This document shows, piece after piece, positions 1-11,087 of a DNA stretch of 64,000 nt. The notes under the pieces were generated by a model, which made no database searches, was not told the DNA's origin, and saw only the letters and a list, made by a program, of their open reading frames with translations. Each line of letters starts with the position of its first letter. Position 1 is the first letter of the stretch. The position numbers and the translations under genes were made by a program. This DNA comes from Lama guanicoe (Eukaryota): the NCBI GenBank assembly GCA_013239625.1, contig MU053504.1:2054607-2118606 (forward strand), read 5' to 3'.

Positions 1-55
1 AGCCTGGGCCCCGCTGGGCCTCCCTCAGCCCCTCTCCCTCGCGCAGCGCCGGTAC

Positions 56-198
56 CCGGTAGCCGCTGCCATGACGCAGCCACCCTGCTCCGCCGCCGCC
101 TCCCCGCAGCAGCCGTCCGGGTCGTGGCTGAGACCGAGGCTGTGGCCTATCTCGTGGGCCATGGTGGCTGCAGCGCCAATGGGGAGCTCCGAGTGGTC
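56..198 (-). CDS. ADAM33: ADAM33 exon 11 (catalytic zinc-binding motif)
   Basis: [48 protein letters not shown]; acceptor cccag, donor GG|gtaccg. Confidence 0.95.
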
Positions 199-3100
199 CT
201 GGGAGGACGTGAGATGGTCACCGCGGGCTGCGGGGACCGCCGCTCCCCGGCACCTCCCCTCCCCTTCCGGTCCCGGGTGGCGCTCACCGTGCTCACGCCT
301 CCAGAGCTCTCCTCGCGGCACATGCCCTCGACGGGCGCCAGGCCCACGGTGGCGCCCCGGAAGGCGCGGCCCCTGAGGGAGGAGCGCAGCGTGACCCGGA
401 TGGCCAGGAGTCCGCGCCGCCCAGGGGGGACCCGCGTGGGGGTCAGAGGCACGCACGTGAGCAGCTGCGCCGAGTCGTGTGGCCTCCGCGCCCACAGCCC
501 CCGGCGCCACTGCAGGAAAGCCCAGAGCGTGGCGTTCGCGTCTGGCGTGACGCGGCTCCGGTCCTGCTCGGTCCACACTTCCAGACCGGTCAGCGCCACC
601 TGGATGTCCAGAGTCTTGAGAATCTGTGGGCACAGCGGGACAAGGCTGAAACGGGTGATCCGCCTTGGTGCCCGTGGGAGCTCCCTTCTTTGCTGGCCTC
701 CGTCCCCTCTCCCCATCTCCAAGCTTGTCCCTGTCACGCTGTCACCCACGGCTCTCTCCCCAGTGACCCAACTTGATCCACATAGCTGGCGACCTCCAGA
801 AGACGTTGTTTGGTGTGGTTCAAGTTCCGGTGCTGGGTCAAGAACTTGAAAGGCAGAGAAAGGGCGATGTGAGGGGCTGAGCTGGCCACATCCAGGCCAG
901 CCAACCCCCTTGGGGCTCCTCTCACCAGGGTGTGGTCAGCCACTATGTACAGCTCCAGGTACCTCGGACTTCGGAGGGACTCCCGCCTCTCCTGGGGGGT
1001 GGCAATGGTGACCCTGAGTGGCAGGCTGCTGGGCTTGAGCCCTGACCAACCCCAGTTCCCAGAATGCACAAAGTTAACTTTAAAATTCTACTAGAACTTG
1101 TTTCTTCAGCCTCCAAATAAAAATGTCAGGACAGGAGGCCCTGAACTGGGGCTGTGCATTGCTGTCTCTGATTTTAGAGGGCTGTGGATACTGCATGCCC
1201 ACTCCCACCCCTACCCATGCCCCTGACCCTGATTTGGGTGGCACGAGAAAGTCTGGCCATGTCCCCTTTGTCCCCTGGGTCCTTGTGGCTACAGGTTCCT
1301 TTCCAGCTGAGCAGCTGCTCCATCTGGAAGATCTTGTGGGTCAAGAAGTCCTCAGAGTCCCCCGCTGGCCAGGGATGCACATAATAGCTGGCATTGCTGC
1401 TGAGCGTGATCAGGCCCCTAGGGTGCAAAGGAGTGCAGAGACAGGTATAAGGGAACTCTTTCCCTAGCCCCAGGCCCAGCCCCCTCCTCCAGAACTCCTC
1501 ACCTCATCCCAGAACAGGTGCTGAGGACTACCCAGGAGTCAGGGAAGCCCCTCACACGCCCATGGTAGTGGCAATAATCCTGGAAAGCAAGGGACCCGGC
1601 CCCAAATCTCAGCCAGGTCTGAAGTGGGAGGGGCAAGAGAGAGCCTGGTGGGGGACTGAATCCAGCTTCTCTTTAGGAACAGGAGGAGAATGGGGGAAGT
1701 GGTGCAGAGACCTCAAGGGGTGCATCCCCCACACCCCTCACCCAGTTCTCAGAGCCCATGGAAGTATCTCACCGTGCGGCTGGGGACCAGCACCACTGGC
1801 TGCCCATCTGGTGTGTAGTGGGTTTCTGTGTATCCCGGGGCCAGCAGCCTGCTAGGAGGGGTTGTTGCAGAAATGACCTAATCCAGCCTTGCCTCCTCCA
1901 GGATGCCCTTCGGTCTTCCTCCCTGAATGCTAATTGAGTAGCTCTGAGTGAAGCACCCAAAGTGTCTCTTAGGGAAGGGAAAGGAGTGACTACACATTTT
2001 CCAGCTCAGAAAAATCTTGGGCTAGGGGGAGCAAGATGAAGGGCGGGAAGGAGCCCTGGTGATGGCTTAGATGTGGAAGTGGGAGTGTGGGACACACCAG
2101 GGATGAGTAGAAACAAGGGGAAGGTTGATGGTCCCAGTGGGGCCTGTGGCAGGCAGCTGGATCCACAGGTCAGGAGTGTTAGAGAGAGACTGGGCAGGAG
2201 GCGAGGAGTCAGGAGGCACTGCCAAGAAGGTGGGACTTGGAGTCAAGAAGTGTGGTGAACTTCCTAGGTGGCTCTGTTGCTGCCCACCCTTGTTGAGCAT
2301 CTGGACAACCCTCTAGGCCACCTCCCCCCACTTAAGGAGCCTTCAAATCTTCTCCCCAGGCCCCCAGATCCCATGTATCTCCCCATCTGTCCTTCAGCAA
2401 TGCTCACCCACTGCTTTCAGAGAAAAAACAGGATCTACACCACTTCTGGTGCATCCTATCTGAGCAAGGATCCCCCTCCTCTCTTTTTTCAGACCCCACT
2501 CAAATAATGATTTCATCTTCAGGCTCCATCTCACCAGGATCCTTCCCACCAAGATGGGAAGTAAATCTCTCTAAAGAAAATCTTGACCCCACCTCACCTG
2601 GACCTCTTTACCCCCAGACTGCCCTAAAATCTTGTGATGCCTGCTTCTCCACTTGCCAGTCTTTCCTCTTTTCTCCAGCTGTGCTCCCACACTCCATGCA
2701 CACACTCAACCCTAGGAGGGAGGTGATGTAATCACCCCATTTAATGCATAAGGACATCGAATCCCAGAGAAACTATGATTAAACATGATGGAGCCTGTCT
2801 GTTCCCAGTGCATGGGGGAGGATAAAACGTAAAATGCTTAGAACAGTGCCTGCAATGAAACAAGCACTTGATAAATGATAGCTGTTGAAAATGGTCTTAG
2901 ACATGCACCCACCCAGCCCAGCCCAGCCTGCTCACTCACCAGCTCAAAATCTTTGGTTTTGCACCATCCCGGACACTCAGCACCACATTGGCCTTCTGTG
3001 ATTCGGCCCTACTAGGACTCCCCAAATTTGTTTTCCCCTGCTCCCTTCACTCCAGATGGAGACTCCCCAGGCAGGCCGAATTGCTGCCCCCTGAATGTGC

Positions 3101-6100
3101 CTGGATGTTAGTAGCCACTGTATCTCTGTCCCTGCCATTCCCACAGCCTGGAGCACCCGCCTATCTTTGGAATCCATCCTGGATTCTCTTTTGACTCAGT
3201 ACACCCCGTGAGCACCCAACCAGGTGATGCTCGTTCAGTCTCGGCAGGAAGCAGACAAGATGCTCCTGGGGCTGGGATGAGAGAGGTTCCCACAGCAGGG
3301 CTGATCCAGCCTCAGTAGTCTACATCAGTCTCAAGGGAGCCAGTCCTGGGCTGGCATGACTCTCCCTGTCACCTGCACCTCCTCCTCTGGGGCCCTTGTC
3401 CCATCCAGCCTCCCTCTAGGGTTCCTGACAGTCCTTGCTCCCAGCACATATCCCTCCCCAGAGACAGAAGCTATTCTTGGCTCCCAGACCTGGTACTCAC
3501 TGGTTCTTCTCCAGCTCGAGCAGGAGCTCCCGGCCTTCAACCTCCAAGGCCACCAGCCCTTCTTCTAGCTTCGAGACCTGGACAAGAATGCACGCAGGGC
3601 TGAAAGAGCAGACATCCTGGCCTCTTGCCTGCCAGGGAGCAGGAGGGGTATGGAGCTGGCTGGTGAGAGAGTTCACGGGGGGAGCACAGGGGTATGGGGT
3701 GGCAGGCCTCCCACTTGTCCTGGGGGGTGTGGATGGGTGTGGGGTGAGAAATGCAAAGATGCTCCCAAACTCGGAATGTTCGTTGTTCTGTCAGCAGCAG
3801 CCATTTGACAGAACCTGCTAGGTGCACATCACATCCTTCCTGGAGAGACAAGAAGTCTCAGAGAGGTGCCAAGCCTTGCCCAAGGTTACTAGGCCCTTCC
3901 TCTGGCCCTCCCTCCACTTTCATGCCCAGAAGCCTTCCTCTATGCAGGGAAGACAGTGGGGGTCCTCAAGAAAGACAGGGGAGAAGGGGGCAGCTGCTGC
4001 TCCAGCCTCCTCACCACCTCTACTTTCCATATCTTGCTGCTTGCTCCCCACTCCCTGTAAAACTCAGACTTAGTACCGCCACTTCCACTTCTGATAAACT
4101 GCACCCCCAAGTTTTCCTATGCCTCTAGCAGGCTCTCCACACACCAGCTTCATTAAGCCCCTGAAGTAAACACTGACCTGCAACCCAGGCCGAGAGAAAA
4201 ACACTGGCTTTCTCGGCTAGAGGTCAGGGGGGCGGGCCTGGGCCTGGGCCTAGGCCTGCCCACCCACCCCTCCTTCCCTCTACTCTCTTTGCTTCTTCCT
4301 CCCTTTAGGGATTACCACATCTGCCCCTTGTCCACTCAGCCTGGCTGGGGGCCCAGGGCTGGAGCAGGCCTGGAGCCTCCTGAAGAGCAGCTGTGTGTTT
4401 GGAATGCTGGCCTCCACCCCTGTTGGCCCTCCCCTTTTATCCCACAATGCATTGGGCTGGGCCCCAGGCCAAGGCCCAGAGTCTTGGGGAGACCCTTCCT
4501 CTGCAGGTGGGGAGCAGATAGTCCCCTGCCCCAGCCAAAAGTCCCCCAAGGCCCCAGGCATGAGCTCATGTGGCTGGAATGCCACCTGTTTTAATTGTAA
4601 AAAGGTTTGCACTGAAGAAAGGCAGCAGCACAGACGGAAGGCTACCCCCTACCCCGCCCACACCCCTCTCTGGGTCCCTGCACCCACTGCCGTCCTCACT
4701 TCTTGCCCTCTTGGGGACCCGGCCCCTCATGATGCACTCCATCTCCAACTTGAAATGTGGGTGTTTCCTGCTTCCGGGACGGGACTCCCGGCCACTCCGT
4801 CTGCTGTCTTCAGCTTGGCAGGCTTCACAGGGACAGGGGCCAGCAAGTGGGGAAAGTAAAGCCCCTCTGGCATTCCCCTCCTGGTCACAGCCAAGGCCAG
4901 GCGCAGAGGGAGGGCCACGGTCAGGGGGCCTCAGTGTGCGCCCCCTCCCCCCCACCTGTGACATCCAAGAAAGCAATCTCAAAGCTCCGGCCAGTGCTGT
5001 GCGGACCACTTAAGTAGGGGCCCCGAGGGTTTGGGGGACCCAGTGAGGGACCTAGGCTGGGAGTTGTCGGGCCTGGTGGGGGTGAGGGGGTTGTCCCAGC
5101 CTTCAGGGCAGGGTTTGTCTGCCTTCCTGCAGGCTTGGACAGTGGGCTGTCCTCTCCTTCCTGACAACTCAGGATGACGGAGGCTCTCTAGACTTAGGGG
5201 ACATTGGCCAATGGTTTGAAGTCTTCCAGTAGTGGGTCTCAGGCTTCTGGGTTACAGAGCTGTGTGACCTTGGGCAGTTTCTCCAACCTCTCTGGGCTAC
5301 AGTTTGCCCCTCTGTGAAATGGGCATACAAAGGCTGCTGGCCTTCTGGTTTGCAGCATAGATGTGTGGCACATAAGGATGGGGGCGAGGTGACTCTGAAA
5401 GTGTGTGATGGGTGGGCGTTGGGAGGAGGCTGGGGCAGAGTGTCCAGGAGAACCAAAACGGGGCAGGCTTGCATCTGAGGGCACTAGGAGAGCAGCTACT
5501 GGGCAGAAGTGGATCCCGCATGAGCCAGTGAGGCTGAAGTTTCAGGCCCCTCCATGGCAGGATCCCGGGGGACAGCAGTGAGTCCACAGCATCACATGTT
5601 CTAGTAAACTTTGCAAAAGGAAGATTTTTTGGTGTTTTTTTAGAGTTCCCTGAAAAGCTCTGGCCCCACCTCTGCTTGATGGAGTGGGGATGGCCCAAAT
5701 AATTCTCGGAAGAGAGGGTTAGGAGGAGGTGGGGGAGAAGAAGCTAGAAAATGACTTCCATGTGTTCAGGCTCTCTCCATCTCGATGGCTCTCACCCCCA
5801 CCTGCCAAGGCTTCAGGGAGAGCCTGAAGGACTTGGGGGATCTAGGGACCCCAAGAAAACTGCCAAGCTGAAACTTGGGGAGTGGCTGAAATTTGGGGAG
5901 TGGCATAGGGGCCGAGAGACCCTGGGCATCTGCAGAGGAAGGGGTGACCTGGCACTGACCGGCTCCTCCAGGGTGACCATGTGCCAGGGACGTCCATCCA
6001 GGACCCAGTGTGGGATGACTGGCTCTCCAAAGGTGTTTCCTAAGGTGAGGACAGAGCACAGGGTGAAGGAGACCTGAGGGACATAGGGAAGTTGGGGACA

Positions 6101-8353
6101 ACAGAGAGACAGAATTACAGGATGTCAGCAGGGAGGAATGTGAGACTCCATCTTCAATACTCAAAGGTTTAGCCTGGAGAAAGTTGGCTACACATGGGGC
6201 ACCCTTGGAACTGAGGAGCCACCAGGGAGGTGGCAGAAGAGAGACAGAGGAGCCTGGGAGGAACAGTTCAGCTGGGAACTTGGGAACCCCACTGACTTTA
6301 TAGGGGAATTTGGGGTCAAAAATCACAAGGAAGAGACCAAGGCCCCCAGTGCAGAGGGGAAGGGAAATGGGAGGCCACTTTGGGTATTTTTAGACTGGGC
6401 AGCAGATGCCTTTAGGGTGAGAAATCCATGAAGAATGGATGCCCGAGTCTCCCCTGCCATCTGAGAAAAACAATAGCCAGATGTTGCCTTGGGAGGTCTA
6501 TCTTGCCCAGAGCGCCTCTTGGGGGCTTCATGCTCAAGGAAGGGTTTCCAGGGATCCTGGCCCAGAAGCCCCCTCCTCAAATCTTCAAGGAGGGAGTTGT
6601 TTGGGGGACAACTTGAGTGCTTTCAAGCCAGGTATGCTGAAGGAAGAGGCTCCAGGAGGAACACCAAAGCCCAGCATTACTCAGGGGGTGCCTGGAATGT
6701 TCCCTTCGGAGTGATCCCAGAACCCCCGTGGGCCCCAGCAACTCTCACCACACCCGCCCTGCAGGATCAGAACTCAGGCTGGCCTGAGCCCACAGGCACT
6801 CAGTCCCTGGGGAAGCTCAGCTCCCCAGAACTCACAGCTCCCCAACCCCCACCGAATCCTGGCCCCAGTCCTGCCCAGGCTGAGATGGCTGCCTGTAGAA
6901 GTGGCTCAGCTCCAGCCAGGCCACCCCAACTCCTTTCTCCTTCCCCATCTCCTCCTCCAGATGCCATCACCTGGAGGAGCATCCAGGAAGTCCCCTTCTC
7001 CCATGAAGCCCTCCCTGATTGGGTCAGCTAGTCGCCATCAGGTAGGTGGGGTGTGGGGCTTTGGAATGGAGGCTGAAGGGCCAGTGTAGGGAGGGGAGGT
7101 CTCAACCCAGGGAGGACTTAACTGGGTGTGGAGAACCATGTCTAGCTGGTCCTAGGTTTCCCAGGGTGGAGAGGGGAAAGGGTGCCTGTGTGTACGTGTG
7201 AGTTGGGGGTTCTCCTGGTCCTGCGTGCACACACGATGGTCATTGGCACCTTGATGAGGGACAGAGAGGCAGAGGTGATGTGACTAGGTGGATGGGAGTG
7301 GAACCTGGGGGAGCCAGTGTGGTGTTGGGGAGCACGAAGCCCCTCTCCGCTCCTCCCACAGGTAGCGTCATCCTCCCCTGACCCCAGGCTGAAGAGGAGG
7401 GAGCAGTGGAATGCCTGGGGATCATCCCCAAAGGCACAGGGCTGTTGTCCCTCCCCCTTGGGGCCCCAGAACAGATCAGGACCCCATCCCTGTTGGGGCC
7501 CCCCACCCCACCCCTCACCCCCACACTGCACTCCGGAACCCATTGCCCTCAGGTCACCCAGCCATTCCTGCCTCCTCCCTGGTTGCCCTCCTAGCCCCGT
7601 CACCAGGCACTTGATGTACAGGGCTCAGCCAGTCCTCCCACCCATTGGGAGAGGTTTTCATCAACCCCATCTCACAGAGCGTTTGGAGAGGTCACACTGG
7701 GAAGAGGAGCTGCAGTCTCTCCCCAGGGCCTGGCTAAACAGGCACCTTCTGTTTCAAGTCGTTTCTATCTAACCAAACAAGGCAACAATATAAACAATAT
7801 ACACTCTGGCCCACGGCCCTGGGATGACGGGGTGAGCATGGGATGATGCATTAGTGTGGAGGCCACAGCTGGTCCCTTAGTGTGAGGGCACAGCGGGGAC
7901 TCCACGGCACCAATAGTCTAGGGCTTCCTGGAGAGGGGAAGCCCACTGAACCTTGCAGGATGGCGATGCAGGAATTCTCACGCTGGCGGAGGGGGCCAGA
8001 GCAAAGAATCCAGAGGGGTTTGGGGGCACTGGACAGCTGCTCAGAGGGGAAGGGGCCCTGCCACTCTGCTTCGCCATTGTCACAGGGCAGCTGGGCAGAG
8101 TGTGCAAGTTGAGAGTCCCTGGGCAGTTCCCACGCAGACCCTCCCAAGCCCTTCCATGCCCTGTCCTGGCTGCACGTTCCCTGGGATTTCAGACCCTCCA
8201 GTCCTGACAGTGACCTCGCCTACCCCTCGGGGCGCACTCCCACTCACCTTGAAACGCCTCGGCCCCCCACATTGGCCACGGTAGTCGCAGTAGCAGCAGC
8301 AACGGCAGCCCCAACACCAGCGACCCTCGAGCTCTCCGAGACCCCGGGCCCAT
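56..8353 (-). CDS. ADAM33: ADAM metallopeptidase domain 33, 5' part (coding exons 1-11; gene continues beyond left edge)
   Basis: Spliced CDS join(8248-8353,5960-6039,3501-3577,1773-1851,1503-1579,1228-1417,926-991,773-844,457-623,288-372,56-198) = 1142 nt, all GT-AG, frame continuous. Signal peptide, prodomain, RERR furin-type site, reprolysin zinc motif [12 protein letters not shown] (121-156) and Met-turn CVMAA. Adjacent to SIGLEC1 as in other mammals. Confidence 0.97.
288..372 (-). CDS. ADAM33: ADAM33 exon 10
   Basis: [28 protein letters not shown]; ctcag / gtgagc. Confidence 0.95.
457..623 (-). CDS. ADAM33: ADAM33 exon 9
   Basis: [21 protein letters not shown]...PHDSAQLLT; cacag / gtgcgt. 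Confidence 0.95.
773..844 (-). CDS. ADAM33: ADAM33 exon 8
   Basis: [24 protein letters not shown]; tcaag / gttggg. Confidence 0.93.
926..991 (-). CDS. ADAM33: ADAM33 exon 7 (start of metalloprotease domain)
   Basis: [22 protein letters not shown]; cccag / gtgaga. Confidence 0.94.
1228..1417 (-). CDS. ADAM33: ADAM33 exon 6 (prodomain end, cysteine-switch-like GTCS)
   Basis: [16 protein letters not shown]...[11 protein letters not shown]...ATQIR; cctag / gtcagg. Confidence 0.94.
1503..1579 (-). CDS. ADAM33: ADAM33 exon 5
   Basis: [26 protein letters not shown] (ADAM prodomain CxYxG...LSTCxG motif); tccag / gtgagg. Confidence 0.94.
1773..1851 (-). CDS. ADAM33: ADAM33 exon 4
   Basis: (H)[26 protein letters not shown]; cctag / gtgaga. 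Confidence 0.93.
3501..3577 (-). CDS. ADAM33: ADAM33 exon 3
   Basis: [25 protein letters not shown]; tccag / gtgagt. Confidence 0.93.
5255..5325 (+). mobile_element. MIR SINE core fragment
   Basis: gctgtgtgaccttgggcagtttctccaacctctctgggctacagtttgcccctctgtgaaatggg resembles the MIR core. Confidence 0.7.
5960..6039 (-). CDS. ADAM33: ADAM33 exon 2
   Basis: [27 protein letters not shown]; cttag / gtcagt. Confidence 0.92.
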
Positions 8354-9200
8354 AGCTGCGAACGCCTCGCTTCTGCGGCTCCAGGCTCCGCCCCGGCTGG
8401 ATGGCTGCCGACCCACGCCCAGTGCAGCCGGCACGCCGCCTCCGGGCCCTCGGGCGCCCGGCTCTCGGCCCGCACTCTCTCCCAGCGCGACCCCGCACAG
8501 TCCCGCCTGCCTGAACCACGACCGCGGCCGATCCGTCCCGACCCCAGCGGGCGGGGCCTGACCTCGTGTGCCCTCAGGGAGCCCGGACAACCCTCCTGCC
8601 CGAGTGGTCCAGGGGGTAGAGCTCTGCGGGGCGGGGCGGGGGCGGGGCGGGAATCTGTGCGACCATCTAGGGAGATCCCCTTCCCCAACCGCGCCCCTAC
8701 CCGCCCCATAGGTTTCAGAGCGCCCCCTACTCGTGGGAGTGGAAAGTGAACATGGGGCAGGGACCCTCGGGAAGGGCTTTTGAGGACCGCAGCGGAGAGG
8801 TGGAGAGTGGCCAGGGATAGGGGGCCCCTGTTGCTGCTGGGGTCTGCCCAGGAAGCGCCCCTCCTGGGGCGGACCTTTGTCTCCGCCCTGCCACCAGTCC
8901 TGCCCCGGGGCGCCCTGGTGAGAGACCGAGGGAAGTGCCCCTAGGAGAAAGGAGGCTCCGGTGACAGCGATAGGCAGATGCGGCCAAGGCCCCAAACTAG
9001 TCTCTGTGCCGCAGTGGCCGCCAGCCCCCGACACCGAGACGCGCGGGTGGTTCGGGAGGGCGAGTGGAGGCTGCGGTCCTGCGGGCTCCGGGCCCCTCAA
9101 AGGCGAGGCCGCGGGACAGGCGCGCAGACGGGGGAGGGACAGCCCTTTGTACCTGGCTGTGGCCAAGGAAAAGAACGGCACAAAGCCGGAGATAACCAGA
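8210..9200 (-). promoter_or_regulatory. ADAM33 CpG-island promoter with tandem GC boxes
   Basis: CpG-dense and GC-rich around exon 1; GGGGCGGGGCGGGGGCGGGGCGGG at 8628-8651 (Sp/KLF boxes); no TATA box seen. Confidence 0.8.
8248..8353 (-). CDS. ADAM33: ADAM33 exon 1 coding part (signal peptide)
   Basis: ATG at 8353-8351, [35 protein letters not shown]; donor AAG|gtgagt. Confidence 0.95.
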
Positions 9201-9699
9201 CATGGGGGATCCTTTCAGCCTTGGTGACATCTGTTCCTAGTTTTAAAAGATGTGTTTGTGTACTGAGTAGTAAACTAGGCTGGCGAGTAGCAAGTATTCC
9301 CATAGCGAGGGAGGTTCGCCTTTAAGCAAATCTACTTGTTTTTTGAGAATTCAAAATGCAGCAATTCAGTTAGTAAGAGATGCAGTAGCTGGGATTGCTG
9401 GAGACCTAGTTGGCCTGATTTAAACATCAGAAAGTATGGTGAGATGTTTAGGGAACATCCCTCCCTTTTCTGTCTCCATCCTCTCAGACCCCTCACCCCC
9501 TGAAAGCTATTACTGGCTTCTTGTATAGGCTTTTAGATTATATTATGCATGTCCAAGACAATATAGACATTTTTCTCTTATTAGCATTTTCTGTGCGTTG
9601 ATTTTTTTCACTTAATATACCTTGGAGGGCCTTCTTATCAGTGGTCTCATTAACGATATTCTTATGATTAATATTATTATTCTATTATTATTACTTTGA

Positions 9700-11075
9700 A
9701 TTTTAAGATTAACTTTATTATGGTATAATTTACATAACAATAAAATGCACCTATTTTAAGTGTACAGTTAGATGAGTCTTGATAACTGTATACACCTGTG
9801 TAATCACCACCACAATCGAGACAGAACATTTTCATCACTCCTCAAAAGTTCCCCTGTGTGCCTTCCTGGTCAAACCCTCCCAGTCCTAACCCCAGGCAAC
9901 CACTGAGGTTCTGTCTATAGATAAGATCTGTCTGTCCTAGAACTTCGTGTAAACGGAATCGTAAAGCATGTACTCTTTTGCGTCTGGTTTCTTTCCCTCT
10001 TTATGTGTTTGAGATTTGTTTACATTGTTTCACGTAGCAGTCATTTGTCCTTTTATGATACTGAGTAGGTTTCATGTATGAGGGAAGCACAGTTTCTCTC
10101 TTCTCTCCAGTTAGGCATTTGGATTCTTGTCCAATTTGTGCTCTTCTGAATATGGCTGCAACAAATTGCTATGTAAGCCTCTGTATGAACCTGCTTTCAT
10201 TTCTTACCTGTCAATACCTAGAAGTAGAATTTCAAGGTCATACGGAAAAGGGCTTATTTAACTTTCTAAGAAACTATCTTCCCAGGTGGCTGTACCATTT
10301 TACATTCCCACCAGCAATGTCTCGGCGTTTTCTTCATAACTCACCAGCATTTAGTGTTGTCGACCTTTTAAATCTTAGCCACGCTAGTAGGTATGCAGCA
10401 TCCTCATTATTTTTATTAGTTGAATGCTGTCATTTATTCATACAGTCTCCTTGTGGGCATATAAATAGTTTTCAATCCCTTTGTTACTACAAACAATACT
10501 CTAATGGATAATTTTATATGCAAATTTATCTGTGAGATGATTTCCTACAAGCGGGATTGCTGGGTCAAAGGATATGTGTGTTTGTGATTTGGGTAGATAG
10601 TTAAATTGCCTTCTGATTTGTGCCAATTTTCAGTTGTACCAGCAATATCAAGTGCTCGCTTTCCCACAGCCTTACCAACGCAGTTATCAAAACGTGATAC
10701 TTGATAGTCTGAAAGTGAAAATGCAGCCTTCACTTGCATTTTCTCTTATGAGTAAGGCAGAATATTTGCTCAAACATTTAAGAGCTGTTTGTATTTCTTT
10801 TTCCTTGAATTCATATCCACAGCCCACTTTTCTATTTCATTGTTGGTCTTTCTCTTAACAACCTGAAGAAATTCTATATATAAGGGAGACTGACCCTTTG
10901 TATGGAGTGTAAGTTGCAAATACTTTCCCCAGTTTGTGAGATGTATCCAGCCTGTCATGTGTGGCTTCAGTTCAGTTACACTCATTTCTGGGAAGCATTT
11001 GCTTGTGTGAATATAATCACATTTTTTTCATTGACTCTGCTGGATCTTTGGGTGGTTCCTAGTTTTGAGTTGTTA
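9700..11075 (-). mobile_element. Old L1 (L1M-type) 3' fragments
   Basis: T-rich; ggtataatttacata...aaatgcacctattttaagtgtacag...gtaatcaccaccacaatc is the reverse of an L1M 3' UTR; further ORF2-end remnants to ~11075; boundaries approximate. Confidence 0.75.
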
Positions 11076-11087
11076 CAAAAAAATTCA

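Noticed and set aside
124..849. 241-aa plus-strand ORF antisense to ADAM33
   Set aside because: Shadow ORF of GC-rich coding exons with no recognisable domain
8189..9181. 330-aa ORF in frame with ADAM33 exon 1 (possible N-terminal extension)
   Set aside because: Begins at GTG, runs through the GC-rich promoter where stops are rare, and the ATG at 8353 directly precedes a signal peptide
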